A stretch of DNA of 63,461 nucleotides, counting the filler, from Platydemus manokwari (taxonomy: Eukaryota), in NCBI GenBank assembly GCA_037951405.1. It is 5 parts of 5 records of this genome, joined end to end, with 100 filler letters (N's around TTAATTAATTAA, not from the genome) between each part and the next. Parts side by side here need not be neighbours in the genome. Positions count along the whole stretch, not along the records: positions 1 to 15,525 come from JBBMOY011278095.1; positions 15,626 to 32,387 come from JBBMOY011145882.1; 3 more parts are not named here. One strand, 5' to 3'. How positions within the stretch are numbered: the stretch's first letter is position 1; every line of letters starts with the position of its first letter. This document shows, piece by piece, positions 14,491 to 28,774 of this stretch. Below the pieces are notes generated by a model. The model made no database searches. It worked only from the letters and a program-made list of their open reading frames with translations, and was not told where the DNA came from. The translations under genes were made by a program, and so were the position numbers.

Positions 14491-15525
14491 TTTATAATAT
14501 CCAATTTTTAGTATTTATTTTTAATTTAAGTGAATTTTATTTATCTTGGAAATTTTATTTTAATGTTAGTAAGAATTTGTTCCCAATAATACACTGAATA
14601 CTTTTGACGTTCATCCAAACTTTGAGAGGAGTATACATATGAAAATAAAATAGAATATAAGCATTAAGTATAAAGGAATTTGAAAAAGTCGATGACAACA
14701 TTCAGAAATTTATTTGTGGGTTCAAAATTTGATTTAGATAAAACCATTTCGCACTCTAATGATATCATTATAACTAGAATCTTAATATTAAAAAATCCAA
14801 GAAAACAAGTAATGCATCTTGAAGTAAAAATCATCTTAAAGGTCGTAGGACACAGTTCTTGGTTATTATAGAAAAGAGAGACTGACCAATGGGTATGTGT
14901 GTAAATAATAGAATACAAAATGTAGAGTCAGACAAAGTTAGTTTCCATACACCTGACAATCATCTTTATTAAGAATGTTTAACAACAATGATATTTTGTT
15001 TGCCAATTATAAATAATTCCGACTACAATATATCGCTCTTGTTACTATAAAATATTCTGACTATCTGGAAGTCTCGGTGATATCTCATTTTAACCGTAAT
15101 CCGTTGCTTGGTTCTTTGGAAGATAAAATTAAAACAATTTAAAATACACATGGGCGCTTATATTGTGTTTGATTTTAATGATGAGTGATCGAGGGATACT
15201 AAAAACTAAGATTTTTATATTCAAAATGACAAATAAAAATCAATAAATTTACACTTAATGAAGATTTAGAAAGACAATTGTGGAAATAATCAAGAATAGG
15301 TTAAAAATTTGAACTGTGACGTTACCTAAAAATATTATTTTTACAAATATAAGATCTTGAATTTTTTTTCAGTTACTTCTGTTTTGAAGTCATTAGTTTG
15401 TTGGGGTTCCTGGAAAATAGCATTAAAACATTTTTGCATGCAATTGATTTGATGTATTAAAGTAGCATTTTTTTATCGTTTTATTGTAAAATATTATCTT
15501 CTTTGTTTCTATAGTTAATTGAAGC

Positions 15526-15625
15526 NNNNNNNNNNNNNNNNNNNNNNNNNNNNNNNNNNNNNNNNNNNNTTAATTAATTAANNNNNNNNNNNNNNNNNNN
15601 NNNNNNNNNNNNNNNNNNNNNNNNN
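15526..15625. other. Artificial contig linker N44-TTAATTAATTAA-N44
   Basis: Identical 100-nt spacer occurs four times; the 12-mer gives stops in all six frames. Confidence 0.97.
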
Positions 15626-18600
15626 TAATTTATGGGTCACTGCCCCCTAACTTCTTACGCGCCTTGTGTATATTGTTTAATATCAGACCTACTTCCAAAG
15701 CTATAACATTTATTTCGTGAGGTAACAATTAAATAAATATATTAGAGCTGTTTAATTTTTTGTTTCCATGTATTTTCAAATTTAAATTCTCTATTCTATA
15801 AAACCTGTAGAGATACATCTGCTCACAGTTTTTTGGATTTTTTTTCACTGTGAAATTTGAAGAAAATCAAAAGAAATTTTTCCCAAGAATTCGAAGAACT
15901 GTGAGCTCAGCTAGCATCATTGGATCACTTGAGAAAAATTAATTTTTTAGCTCATTATCTTAAAAAGAATTTATATTTCTGATATATAATATAGCTATGT
16001 ATTCGGATATTCAGATATATTTTAAAAATCAATGAAGTATTCACCTTAGCTTGTTTACCAAATTAAATTTGGTGGGATTTTTGTTTGACACAAATTGTTA
16101 TAATTATGTTTTCGACACCTGAGATTATTTTCTATAGTTATGTATACGCACGAAGGATAATATTAAATCAGATAAGTATTAGCTGCAATTTCAACAAGCT
16201 CATTATAAAGAAATTTCTGAAATAAAGGTAAATACGAACTTCTTTGATCGAAATGAAAAGTACAGCTGTAAAAACATCGAGTGGTTGTTATTACACATTC
16301 GCGATTAAATTAATAAAAATATTAGGAAAAACCGAGAAAAAATTGCGGTTTTCGGTTTTATCCTATAAGAAAACCAATAAAATTTATTGGCGGATGTTAA
16401 TTTGTAATTGGATTGATTTCTATTGAAAATCATAGTCACTGGTTTCAAAAATTTTCGAACTCCTACAATTTCTGGTGTCTTAAAAATTTGATCAGTTAAT
16501 TTTTTCCTCAAAATCGGACAACAATATCTTCCGGACAACGCTATGAGATTAGCTGATTAATAATATCTCCAATAATATCAGGAAATTACACAATATTGCA
16601 TCATAGCAGCGTGATCTGCAGACGAAATTTCAGAACACTTAAAATGTGTCTGTATGCGAAGCTTTGTGTGGTTCCTAAATAAGAGGAAAATATTGAATTT
16701 ACTGGGGATTAGATATTCAACTTAAGAGGCACGTGATCGCAATGACTTTCAGTTTAATCATGTTATATATTTAGCCACAAATTACATCTTTCAAGCTATG
16801 GATTTATTAATGTTCACTCGACATATCCGGGATATTTGTCATCTCGTGGTATTTTCGGATTTAATAAAAAACTGGGGAGAAAGATTCCAACAGATTTTTT
16901 CTTCAGAAAATATTTCAAATCCAACTCTACCCATGATCGGCCTATTTCTCAAGCTTAACACTCCGATCTATTACACTCATTTGTTATGTTAAATGGGAAA
17001 TCATTAGGAAATCAATATCAGCTGAATGCAGTTTTCCATGGTGATTAGTTTATAATTGATTGATAATTAATCTCTACATTCAACACTGTTGGTCATTATC
17101 AGTCGATTTGAGAGAAATAAAAATTCGCCACTGAAAATATATTAGATTTGAATTTAATAATATTTTCATTTGAATTTCGTTACACATAAAGAAAAAATAT
17201 GCTGACGCGTACTGATGATGTGTTCGCTGCATTGAATTTAGATCGCCAATACCAAATAACAGTCCACTGGTAGCTAAGTAGCACTGGTTTGCCAGTCGAG
17301 ACATTTTTGAAAAAAAAGGGATTCGAAAATTTTGATTTGAAAAATGTGCCTTATTAGAGCAGAGTTTTTTGTTTTTCAATTTACAATATTTTTCACAATT
17401 TTTGTAGTTTTATTGCCAATTTATGGTGTTGCATGAAATAATCAATTAAGCATGACAGTGTCGATAAATGGGATGTTAAAAAGTTTATCGTAATTTATCC
17501 CTTTAATTTTAATCGAAAATTTTTTATCTTTATATGGGCGATGCAAATTAATCGCTGATAAATGGATTATTTATTCGTTTGTGTGTGTGTGTGTTTTGGA
17601 AAAATAATTAACTGAAATCGATAAATGTTAAATAGATAATAATCAATTGAGGTCAATAAATAATTATTTATTTTAATAATTAACGATAACAATCAATACG
17701 AATGGACATGTTAAGTGCAAACATCATGGCATTGGAAACATTGAAACGTTGATTGTGTATTTTGATGCATAGTGTAACACTCTTGGGAATCAGAACAAAA
17801 TGCCTAAAAGCACGAGTTTCTAGATAAAAATCAGTCAAATCAAATTTGACAGAATATATATGGGGAAATATATTCCAACCATTTTCAATTGTGCCACTCT
17901 ACTTGAGTTCTGCCATTGCAGTCGAATATGTGCCCAGTGCATTTGTAATTCAATTATGGAAAATTTTCCAATGTCTTCCTTGAGTAACAAATCCCGAAGA
18001 GCAGAAGACAACCTCATTCGTAATTCATCACTACAACCAGTTGTCACTGCATCGAACCAGACTTGAGAGGCATGTTTGCCAGATAAAATAGAACTAGAAT
18101 AATTAACTAAAACTCATCTACTCATGACTCATCGTATTGCGTTCTCTTTTTTTTTATCACAGAGAGCTATTTTCTCTCGTTGTAGTCGATTTGGCTCTGC
18201 CAATTGTTTTTCTTATTAATTGATTTGTTGGTCTCGTAGATATATCATTGAAATCGCGATGATTGCACCACAAAAATAATCGGGTATTTTAAGGAAATAT
18301 AATCGATAATTAATTAGATTTTTCCAATGGAATTCTATTATAGAGATCGAAATTCTACGATTTCCCTCGTTATTTTCTATCAGGCCCATATTTGTCATAT
18401 TAAAATTGATGAATTTATGATTTCGCAACTGGCCTGTCAGTCAATATCCCGTTGGACGACTACTTTCACAGTTGTAATTTGATTGTAATTTCATAACGTT
18501 TTTCGTCTTAAAAATAATATGTATGTGTCCTAATGGTTTTCTATATGAGACAATCTCTTACATTTACTTTAATAATCAATAATTTCTAGATCAATTTTTA

Positions 18601-19120
18601 TGATCAATTGATTTTCGATTTGCACAAGCATTATAATTTATATCACGTTCTTGGACATCTTGGATGTGAGTTAGTTTTGGTACACAGTGTTTATCATTGA
18701 TTCGAATCGTCATTGTAATCCATTTTGATGATACATTTTCAAATTGTATTGATCGTTAGTTATAATAGACTTTTTAATGATCTACAAATTTGATCTTTAT
18801 AATAATTAGTGGTTTGTGTTGTTTATTGAAAACGTATGTTATATGGAATGGGGTAGTGTTGATGTAAAACCATAAGTGGTGTCGGTATCGATGCTGTGAG
18901 TGATGATTGCAGGCCTCTGTCAATTATGAAATAATATAGACTATTCAAAGTTAGTGATGGCAAGACTACACTGCAATTGACACTTGCACTATTCATTCTA
19001 ACAACAACACAATGCTGACATCTAATTATTTGTGTTAATTTTTGTAAGTTGCACAGAAATCAATGAAAATTATAGATTAATATTGTTATCACTGCTATGA
19101 ATGAATTTCTTTATTTTCAG

Positions 19121-22100
19121 GCTTCCTCTTTCAGTAGTATGACTGACTCTACAGTATCACTCAATATCATAACGGTTACTCTCAATATGGATACGGTTCC
19201 ATTTTTAGGGATCTCAATAGTGGGGCAGACAAACGGTAGTCAGGAAAATGGTGATGGTGGTATCTATGTTGGATCAATAATGAAGGGTGGAGCTGTTGCT
19301 CTTGATGGAAGAATAGAACCTGGTGATATGATTCTAGAAGTCAATGGAATCAGTTTTGAAAACGTAAGCAATGAGGAAGCCGTCAGAACCTTAAGAGAAC
19401 AAGTTCAGAAACTTGGGTGGGTTTAGATTTGGTTTAAAAATTATTAACAGATTCTGTTTTTCAGACCGGTTACCTTAGTCGTCGCCAAAAGCTGGGATCC
19501 AAACCCTCCTGGGTATATGCTTCCTCAACAAGATCCTGTGCGACCCATAGATCCCAGAGCTTGGGTATTGCACACTCAGGCCATGGGAAACATGGCTCCC
19601 CCAACACAACCTCCTGCAAGCAGTGAACAGTTTCTACAGGGTGGTGGAAAATATCTTCCGTACGCGGGAGCTATGTCCACAGTCGCAAGCACAATAACAA
19701 CTACGAGTTCCAGCCTAAAAAGCAGCTCAGTTGTTGAAGTACAAAATACTCAAAACAAATTTGTTAGCCGGAACGACGAGCCTATTCCTGTACCTTTAAC
19801 ATGTAACCATGAACCGGCAATTATCATCAGGGCCATGGCTCAATCAGATTCTGGGTTACCTATTAGGGACCGTTTATGGCTAAAAATTACCATATACAAT
19901 GCTTTCATTGGTTTGTTAAAGAATTTTTTTGTTATATTTCGATAAAATGATATCGCAGGTTCCGATCTCGTCGATTGGTTATTTTCTCATGTCCAGGGTT
20001 TTGCTGATAGAAAAGATGCCAGGAAATTTGCAACTAATCTCCTAAAAATGGGTTTCATCAGACACACGGTCAATAAATCTAGTTTCTCCGAACAGTGCTA
20101 TTATGTACTGAATGACATGACTAGTGGTAAGTGCTGATGGATTTTTATGATTGGATAATTATTATTAATCGATAATCATTGAATATCCCATTGTGTTCAA
20201 TCTAATTTAATTTTAAATAAAATAATTAGCCTATCGACGGAAAACTTAATCATACGTTAATTAAATAAATACGGTGAACCTCAATATTGATTAGCACATC
20301 GTCGATTAACATAATAATAATAATAATAATAAATATTATTATTGATTATTTTATTAAATAATTTTATCACTGTCATTATGGAAAATATTAAAATATTATC
20401 ATCAATATTCTATGATATAATTATGATTATTATTTTTGCTATAATTTTGATAAATATAATTATTAATACCTCAACTAAATAATTATGAGAAGAGTCATCT
20501 AAAGAATTAATTAAATAACTAATTATAATCTTGTTTTAATGTTACTTGCTGAGCCGATATAGTCTGCAAGATAGCGTAAAACTAGTGATAACGAATATTT
20601 CATCCTATTATCCGAATTTATAAATTTGAAATAAATTTTCATTTCACTGTATCACGAGAAACTCCACAATGATCAGGAATTAAATGCCTTGAAGCAGATG
20701 CATATTTTGATGTAACCAGTTGTTCCCTGTATTGCATATCACCGGTGTTCGGATGCACTGTAAGTCATGGTAGCAATTATAGTATAGGAACTGAAAGAAA
20801 ATAATTGAATTGTATGAAATCACGTTTTCTTGGCAGAAATTGGTAGAATTGAATTAAAAATATACACACACGCGAATGGGGAATGCGTGGACTGTGGTTG
20901 ATAAATAATACTGATCGAACAATATGAGGACTTCTATAGGAGTGTCCCTATATTTCAAGAAATCTATTGCTGGTATCAGAATTGTGGAAGTGTATGATGG
21001 CAACAATGCCAATATTGAAGGGAATTCTGTTGAAATGCGTTGGAACGGATATTTAATGAAACGCTTAATATGTTCTTTCTAAAGATGAGAGATTGATTTG
21101 AATATCATTATTGGATTTTTTTGCTTTTCTCTAATTTATTATTAAAAATAATAATTATAATGATATAATTTATACTATGACTGCTTCCATCAGCGGCTAA
21201 TGGAATTAAATCTCCGAGTCTTCTATTTAATAGTTGGTAATTTAATAAGATTTCTCCATATTTTTCCTTTGTGATCGACTAATATGTTTCATCAATAAAT
21301 CCATCAGGTGAGGAAGAATCATCGTGTAACATCAGCAAATGGATTTTCTCGTTAATTTGTGTCATTAAAATTCAGCAAGAGTTTAAAATTCACGATTTTA
21401 TGCAATAGCGAAATCCCCGGAAACATCAAATTGAGGAATATTCTTCCAGAATTGTTTTAGGATAAATATTGTTTCAATCTGTAAAAGTGTCACGCTCCAT
21501 GTAATCAAAATCCAATCAAAACAACTGTGCACGGTTAAGCGATAGTAAATATGAATGAAATGGCTTCGAAATTGGTTCGACTCCACTAGTTGATGATTTA
21601 TGGAAATTACTGTTACTAATCGATATCGATGAATCGAAAAGTTACCAAAGTGATATGTCGATGGACTGCTTGTTAGAATTGGCAGTGGGTAACTCATTAT
21701 CTATTCAATGCATAGAAATGTTAGGATTAAAAATTTGATCGGTTACCATTAGTGACCAAGAAAGTCATTTAAAAGCAGTTCTGACTAAAATAAAACTGAA
21801 AAATACAAAAATTGATTTGAAAAACTGTCAGATGTTACCGAAAATATTGAATCAGAAATAATTCCAAAAGATTTCGCGCTTACTCACGGAAATTATTTAA
21901 TAGTTTCAGAATCTTTCATCATTAATGATCACTCAAATTATTTGTCCTTTTCCTATGCTATGTTTATTAGATATTCCACAAAACAGCATCACCGATATTT
22001 ATACAAATATGTAAGTTTATTAAAAATTTAATCCACACGACCATCAATTTCGAGCTCTTGTATAAGTCTCACTATTTATAGTTCAGAGTTCGAGTAAATT

Positions 22101-25100
22101 TTACAAAAATGCATTGAGACCCATCAATTAGAGAAATTACGATTTCCGTAACAGCTCGAATATAAGATGAAAGGTGTTTTTGAAACAGAAATATCATCAA
22201 AAAAGTTAAGAGTTGGGAATTTTGTGAGTGATTAGATATTGCAATATATATATTTTTCAGTGGAAAAGTTAGGCTCGCATAAATATTCGGTCTAATCGGG
22301 TATAATTATTACAATTACGGCATAGATCGCAATCTGTTATCTATTAAGGATAATTTTATATACAATTTTTATCTGAATATTTATAACATCGACATGTTTA
22401 AGGAGTACTCCAATCTTGTAATTAAAAATGGGCAAAAATGTAGGGTTTTTTTTAAATAATATTATAATTTTTTGTATTAAATGTCTCGATTAATTTATAA
22501 TTTACCGATTTATAAATGACGTTGAATTAAACTAAAATTGAAAACTGATACATTTTGAGATCTTGGATCACTAATCTTTAACCTTTTGACCTACCTTGTT
22601 TAAACGGACGAAGTCTGTGCTACTATTGATTATATTTTCCTCGTGGGTTGGCAAGTTGAAAGTTTTTATATTTAAATTGAAAGGTCCATAATTCAATTAA
22701 TGTAATCAGTTATATCGTCAGATAAATGAAACCCATGGGTGACACAAAAATCAAAAAAGATTCCCAGAAAACGAATTAATAAGGAGTTTTCTAGTTTATT
22801 ACTATCTGGTTGTCATGGTAATGTAAACAGATATTTGAACGAATGTGGCCGTGTAATATTATGATTACTTATAAATTCGGTATAGATTTAATTTTGAGAT
22901 ATTTCGAAGATTTTGTAACCCAAAAATATGCGATAAGAAATATAAACCAATTCGTCGAAAATTGTTATTATCATCACAAGCCTCAGAACAAGATAATGTC
23001 ACAGTTTTTAAGCAAGGACTGTCTGACATAAGATAAAATGATATTCACATAATATTAGTAACTACAAGTACGGATTCAAGTACATTTAACGTGTTTGTAA
23101 AAATTGTTGTAAAAACTCGAGTGAATGGTGAAAAAATGGCGTGAAAATTTTATTATTAATCGGGTTCCACACAGAATTATCGAATAAAACACGTAAGTTG
23201 TAGAGATTTTTTCGAATTTGTAGTGAAATTTCTGAAGATATTCCAATCATAAATTTGAACTAAAATTATTAGTATATTAGTGATAGTGTTTTGTCTTTTC
23301 TCTTCGATATATTAATTCTAGCTACAAAATATTCCAGTAATTCAAAAATAGTTGTCCTTATTTGAAATCAAGAGATCAGATAACTTGAATTTCGGATTTT
23401 TGTATTCAAAACCAATAGAGAAAGGTCAAAAAATTTAATACTGACTTTGGATTTTTATCCATTTTTCCTTATTCGGATTTTATAATTATTTTAAAATAAT
23501 TTTTTTATTTTTAATCATGTCCAGTAGCATAATATGGTACAAAGGTATGATCACCGACAGTGATCCATATTCATCATATTACCAATCAAAATTTGATTCC
23601 ATAGTATTGTATCGCAAAATTTAAATTCATTTATGAATTTGAAGACACTGGAGTTGTTTTTATTTATTTTTAAGATACGCCCAAACTCCGAGTACTTTCA
23701 TTTTAAATATTTCTATTCTCAGCTCTGTCCGTCCTAAATTTGGAATCTGAGATTGATTCGGTCTCCGTTGTAGCCGGTCAGCAGCAATCCAAACCCCGTC
23801 TGATGCATCAAGAAATGGGTTGTAAAGAGTCACCAATCCTTTCTTCCGGATTTCAATCAGCCTGCAGTAATAAATGGTCCAGTTACAATCCACAGTCAAA
23901 TGTGCCCCCTGAAATGTATTCACAGGCAGGAATATATCCAATAACAAACAAGTACCTTTTATTAGGCCGATGCCTCGTTTCTTAAGCTGGTTTTTTCTCA
24001 TAGCAATTATAAGAACCAGAACTTCTATTCGGCAAATATCCAACCGCAATCTCAGTCTGTAGTAAAACCCCTTGGTCTTTCCAGTAATCTCAAATCCACC
24101 CGAGGTCCGGGATCAGTTAACAGTGGTTCAGGTAGAGATTTAATAATGTTTAATATCCAGATATCGATGTTTTCGCATGAGATTGTCAAAGCTTTGTAGC
24201 TGTGGTGACTGATGTCATTTTCATTTTTTGTGTTGTGTACATCATACTAAAACAAAACCAAGTCCAACAACAACAACAACAATTTAAAAATCATGGATTA
24301 CAGTATGGTAAAGTTTGAATTATCACGGGATTCTTTTATATATTTTTATTTATGGAATCACTTCGACTTTGTCAAAAAACATTTGATCTTGAATAGCCCT
24401 TTTGTATGTGTAGGCCTTTCGTATAGATTTGTTACTAGTTTGCGATTATCTGGTGGTATAAAAATAAACTCGCTAATTCCTTTTTCTATCGTCGTTATTC
24501 TCTTAAATAATGCGAATTTCTTCCCTTTTTGTCTTTTGCAGATTATCTCAGATTTATCAACGAAATATTTAGACTGAATCACTGTAAGGATTTTTATGAT
24601 ACTAAAGTGACTCTTGTCAAACTCCATTGCTGTAATTATAGACGGAAATAGTAGTCGGTGTTTCACCATCATTACCGTACTCATCCTCATCGTAAACTAT
24701 TATTTATGTAAAACATTCTATCATCAATGAAGTCATATTGATGGACCCAATGATATAGATATTTTATAAACTAGTGGTTACTAAAAACTGCGTTTGTCTC
24801 AATTCAATGAGTGTTCTCAAAGCTGTGAAGCATATGTGGGAAGGAACCAACAGACCTGTAATGGCAGCGGATCACAGTGGTAGTGGTGGAGGCGGTTCTA
24901 ATAAGGAGGTAGAGCCCGTCCCAACTGCCTCAAATCGCAATGTAGACGTCAAATCAACTGTCAGTGTGAACTCCACCACATGTGGGTTGTGCGGTGGCGA
25001 GCAGGAAGAATTTGATCTGTATTCACACGAAGAAGATGAGGAGATGCAGCAGAATCGTACAATGAAAATGGAAGCTCCAGCTACAACATCAGGTACCGGT

Positions 25101-25723
25101 CGTTGTGTTAGCTGCAGCGCTAAATGCCTGTTGTCGTGTAATACTAATATTCACACTGTGTGAGTGTGTTTGTATTGATCGTGTTGTCTCCACCACTGCT
25201 ACTAGAGCTGCTTCTACTAACACGACAAGTTAAACACTGTCGTTTAACTATCGCACTGCTTCACTGGTCATTGTATTGTGTCGATATTTGTGTTATATTC
25301 ATTTACCCCATCTATCGAATGCTGATATTAGTATCAGATTTCATGGAATCGTGGAGCAATTAATTTGATCTCATTAATAATTGAAACAATGTTGACACGA
25401 TGTCATCGATTTTAGGTAGTTCTGCAAGTGGTAGTAGCGGTAACGTTCCGCGCAACATCTCAATGCCAGTTTATCATTTACAAAACCAACAAACAGCCGG
25501 TGGTGGAATGGTTCTACCAGATACGTCTCAATATCCTATGCACAATAGTCCACCGCCATCATATCAGCAATCAGTTGCTATTGGAACGATTCTCGGTAAA
25601 AATCAGTCGATGATGGTCGGGGATTCCGGTTCTAATCAATTTTCTTTAAACATCTCTAATGGTATTCAAAATGAAAATAGCTCATCTGGCTTTTTCTCCG
25701 ATGGCCTCGACAAGTGTGATTGA
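19121..25723 (+). CDS. dvl: Dishevelled, 5'-partial (PDZ, DEP, C-terminus; DIX exons not found in this segment)
   Basis: Exons 19121-19416, 19465-19910, 19959-20126, 23723-23951, 24004-24131, 24823-25092 (possible cassette), 25416-25723. Motifs [63 protein letters not shown] (PDZ), [51 protein letters not shown] (DEP). Exons after DEP are less certain. Confidence 0.93.
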
Positions 25724-26192
25724 AGTTCACAATAATCAATAATTATTCTAGTCAAGCAATGTTTTTGAAGTAATTTTTCGTTTTTAAACAAATAATCCAT
25801 TATTTATTCCGATTTGGCGCCATAACACAAACTTGTAGCTGATTGATTTAGATAATTAGTAGGAGGGGATTTTATTTTCACTGGAGTTCATTCTCATTTT
25901 AACAGTCACTGGCTCCTTGGTTTTCTGATTTGGAAAATTATTTGATCGATATATAAAGGAATTCTGAATCCATTTCTTCATCGAGGCATTGCCAAAAATC
26001 GATATTTTTCGTTTTTATTGGCATTGTGAAATCAATGACCATGTTAGAGTTGAAATCAGTGGAACATAATTTATATTTCCTGATATTATTAATCTATCAC
26101 CCGTGATTATTGGATTTGATGTTGATAACTCTTATTAACAGCTGTTAATTCTCATATTATTATTATTATTAATATCTTTATATTTTATTTAG

Positions 26193-26320
26193 ACAGTTCT
26201 GGTCAATTCCATAATCCAGCGGCACCCTTCATCGATCGTGTTGATAAAATATCCGCCTTAATAAAATTATCTGGATGTATAGGTCTGCCATGTGATTTCA
26301 AAAACCAGAGAAATTGTTGA
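26193..26320 (+). CDS. Candidate alternative last coding exon of dvl
   Basis: Acceptor tattttatttag ends at 26192 and is phase-compatible with donor G|gtattc at 25661/25662. Reads DSSGQFHNPAAPFIDRVDKISALIKLSGCIGLPCDFKNQRNC*. Confidence 0.45.
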
Positions 26321-28774
26321 CCAGAACCATCATCAATCCTATCTCACTGTTATTATCATTTTCAAATTTTAATCTTAACCCTAAAAAAATAAACTGTTGC
26401 CTTCAATCAATACAAACACAGTGTATTTCTAATTATAATTTCGATCATCTTGGTTCGTAATCAGATTTTCTCAGTGCGGTGAGTATGGTTGATTCACGAT
26501 ACAGTTGTTATTTTGGTTTCGGTATCAGCATTTGACTGTTAAATTAACGATTGGTATCGATTATTATATTATTACCACCATTATTATTATTATTATATTA
26601 ATATTATTTCTAATCATCATCATAAATTATTATTAATATTATTATTATTGATATTATTATTAATTATATTATTACTCGAGATTTATTGCTCGTGATCGAC
26701 ACATGTAGGTTGTCTTTTAATTTCGGTGAAGTGTAACTGGTTTTCGATCATGGCTGTTGTTGTTTGATTAATTCGATGTTTCAATCAGCATAATATTGAT
26801 TTTTATCTCCAATCTCACTCTGTATGCGTGTGCGTGTGAAACGAAAAACAAAATATATATATACAAACCAATTCTTTGCAATTATTTATCATTTATCTGC
26901 TCCAGTATTGACAAGTTTTTACCGATCCGTTTTACTGGAACTCAGCATGTAGTTGTTCACAATTATGGAATTAACTGTTTTATTATGTTATATACGTGGT
27001 TATTTTGTGTAGATATGAATACAATATTTGACTTTTGCAGTTTTTATTTGCATGTACCAAACTTTATTTAATTTTCGATTTAATTCGTTTATTTATTGAT
27101 TATCGATAATTTTATTTATTGATATTATTTTTCTCGTTGTTGAGGGAGGTACTTGATTTTTTAGAATCGAACTGATAATTTATAACGCTTTGACATTTTA
27201 TTAATCTCAAATTATGCCCATAATTCTTGTTGAACACTTCATCGTCTTCTATCTTTAAAGTGTAAACGAAATCTTAAGCCGTGTTTTTTCTAAAAATTTG
27301 ATTTTGCTGCTGAAAAAGCTTTTCAAGAATTGAGCTAAGGGTAGGGATATTGTGAATTCAGAAACCTTCGTAATCGTTTGAATATTGATTTATTTAATAA
27401 TTTTAATATTGACTTTTATTTCCAATTGAACTGACTTTATAAAATATTGATTTTTAGAAGTTAATCTATGTTCTAAAATAGATTCCATTTACTGATGATT
27501 TTAAGTAATTAGCGAAATTTATTAACGGTTAACAAAAAAATACATTTGTGATATAAAAATCTGAGTACGATCTCCATTAATGAAAATGCGAAACACAGAT
27601 CATTATAGTATACTGATGTCAGATTGGAAAATCATTCTAAACGAATATAAATTCAATTGCAACGCTTAATGAATCACTGTTTCTCTTTTTTAGGAAAAAC
27701 GCCTTCGCTTGATAAAGATTGGTGTATTACTGCAGCAAAACTCAATCAAATATGATCAATATTTAATAATAATTTAATAAATCAATTAATATTATGTTTA
27801 TTGATTCTCGGACAATTATTCCATTATCACTCGAGTTTTATTTAGTATTTTTAATTTTATAAAATGTGAAATAGCTGATGATTAGATAATTAATTGGATC
27901 ATTCGCGAAATGTAATCACATGAAATCACAATCCAATATCATTTTCGAACAAGTGCCTTTTTGATGTCAAATAATAAAAAGGTTGCCGTTTATTTAAATA
28001 AAATATAGCGAGTTACTTTCCATGTCCGAGCAACAATTAAAACCTGGAAACTGGTAATCGGAGCTGGAAAATTTTGTTAAATTTTCTTGCACATTTCTTT
28101 TAGGGTTTTAAATTCAGAATTGTATTTATGCTCCTCAATTCTTTCGTGTCTCTTAGTGTATCTTGTAATGGTAGCTGTTCATGTGTCTGATCTACTATTG
28201 GAATTGTATCTTTTCCTTTGGTACTCGTAAACATTATTTTCTCATCAAATATTTTTTCCTATTATTTTCATCATCAGTAAGACTTTCACGCACCATCTTA
28301 CAAGAAAACGAGCAAATCTCTTTTTTGAATAATCAATAATAAATTTATAAACAGTAAATATATTTTGGCGTTACGTCAATACGATCAATTCTATATTTGA
28401 TTTTTTAAATTTTTAATATTGATTTATTTCAAGTTAAAGATATCGGATTTGAAAATCAATAAATTGTCGAATGTAATTTTATAATATATGTATGCTTGAT
28501 TATATCTAATGAAGAATTCGTGAATTCATTTCTCGTATTTTTAAAGATTTACAAAACCATTGATTTGAATTGGAGTCAGTAACCGATTTTAATCACTGTA
28601 ACTATGGTGATCACTTTAGAATTCATTCTGCAATAATTTACAAGTCAACTATTTTATCGATCTCACTACAATTTATGATCAATAACTTTAAAAAAATTTA
28701 AATTATCTACTATTAGTTGTAAGTAGAAACGATTATCATTGAATTGAAGTTAATGAATATAGAAGAGAAAAATG

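Noticed and set aside
15570-15581. Recurrent palindrome TTAATTAATTAA as a biological repeat or CRISPR-like element
   Set aside because: Always embedded in exactly 44+44 Ns; an assembly linker.
15626-15670. Possible Tc1/mariner terminal repeat ending ..GCGCCTTGTGTA
   Set aside because: Single end cut by the segment edge; cannot be verified.
28010-28300. Minus-strand MVRESLTDDE.. resembling a piggyBac N-terminus
   Set aside because: Too short and frameshifted; no TTAA/CCCT termini identified.
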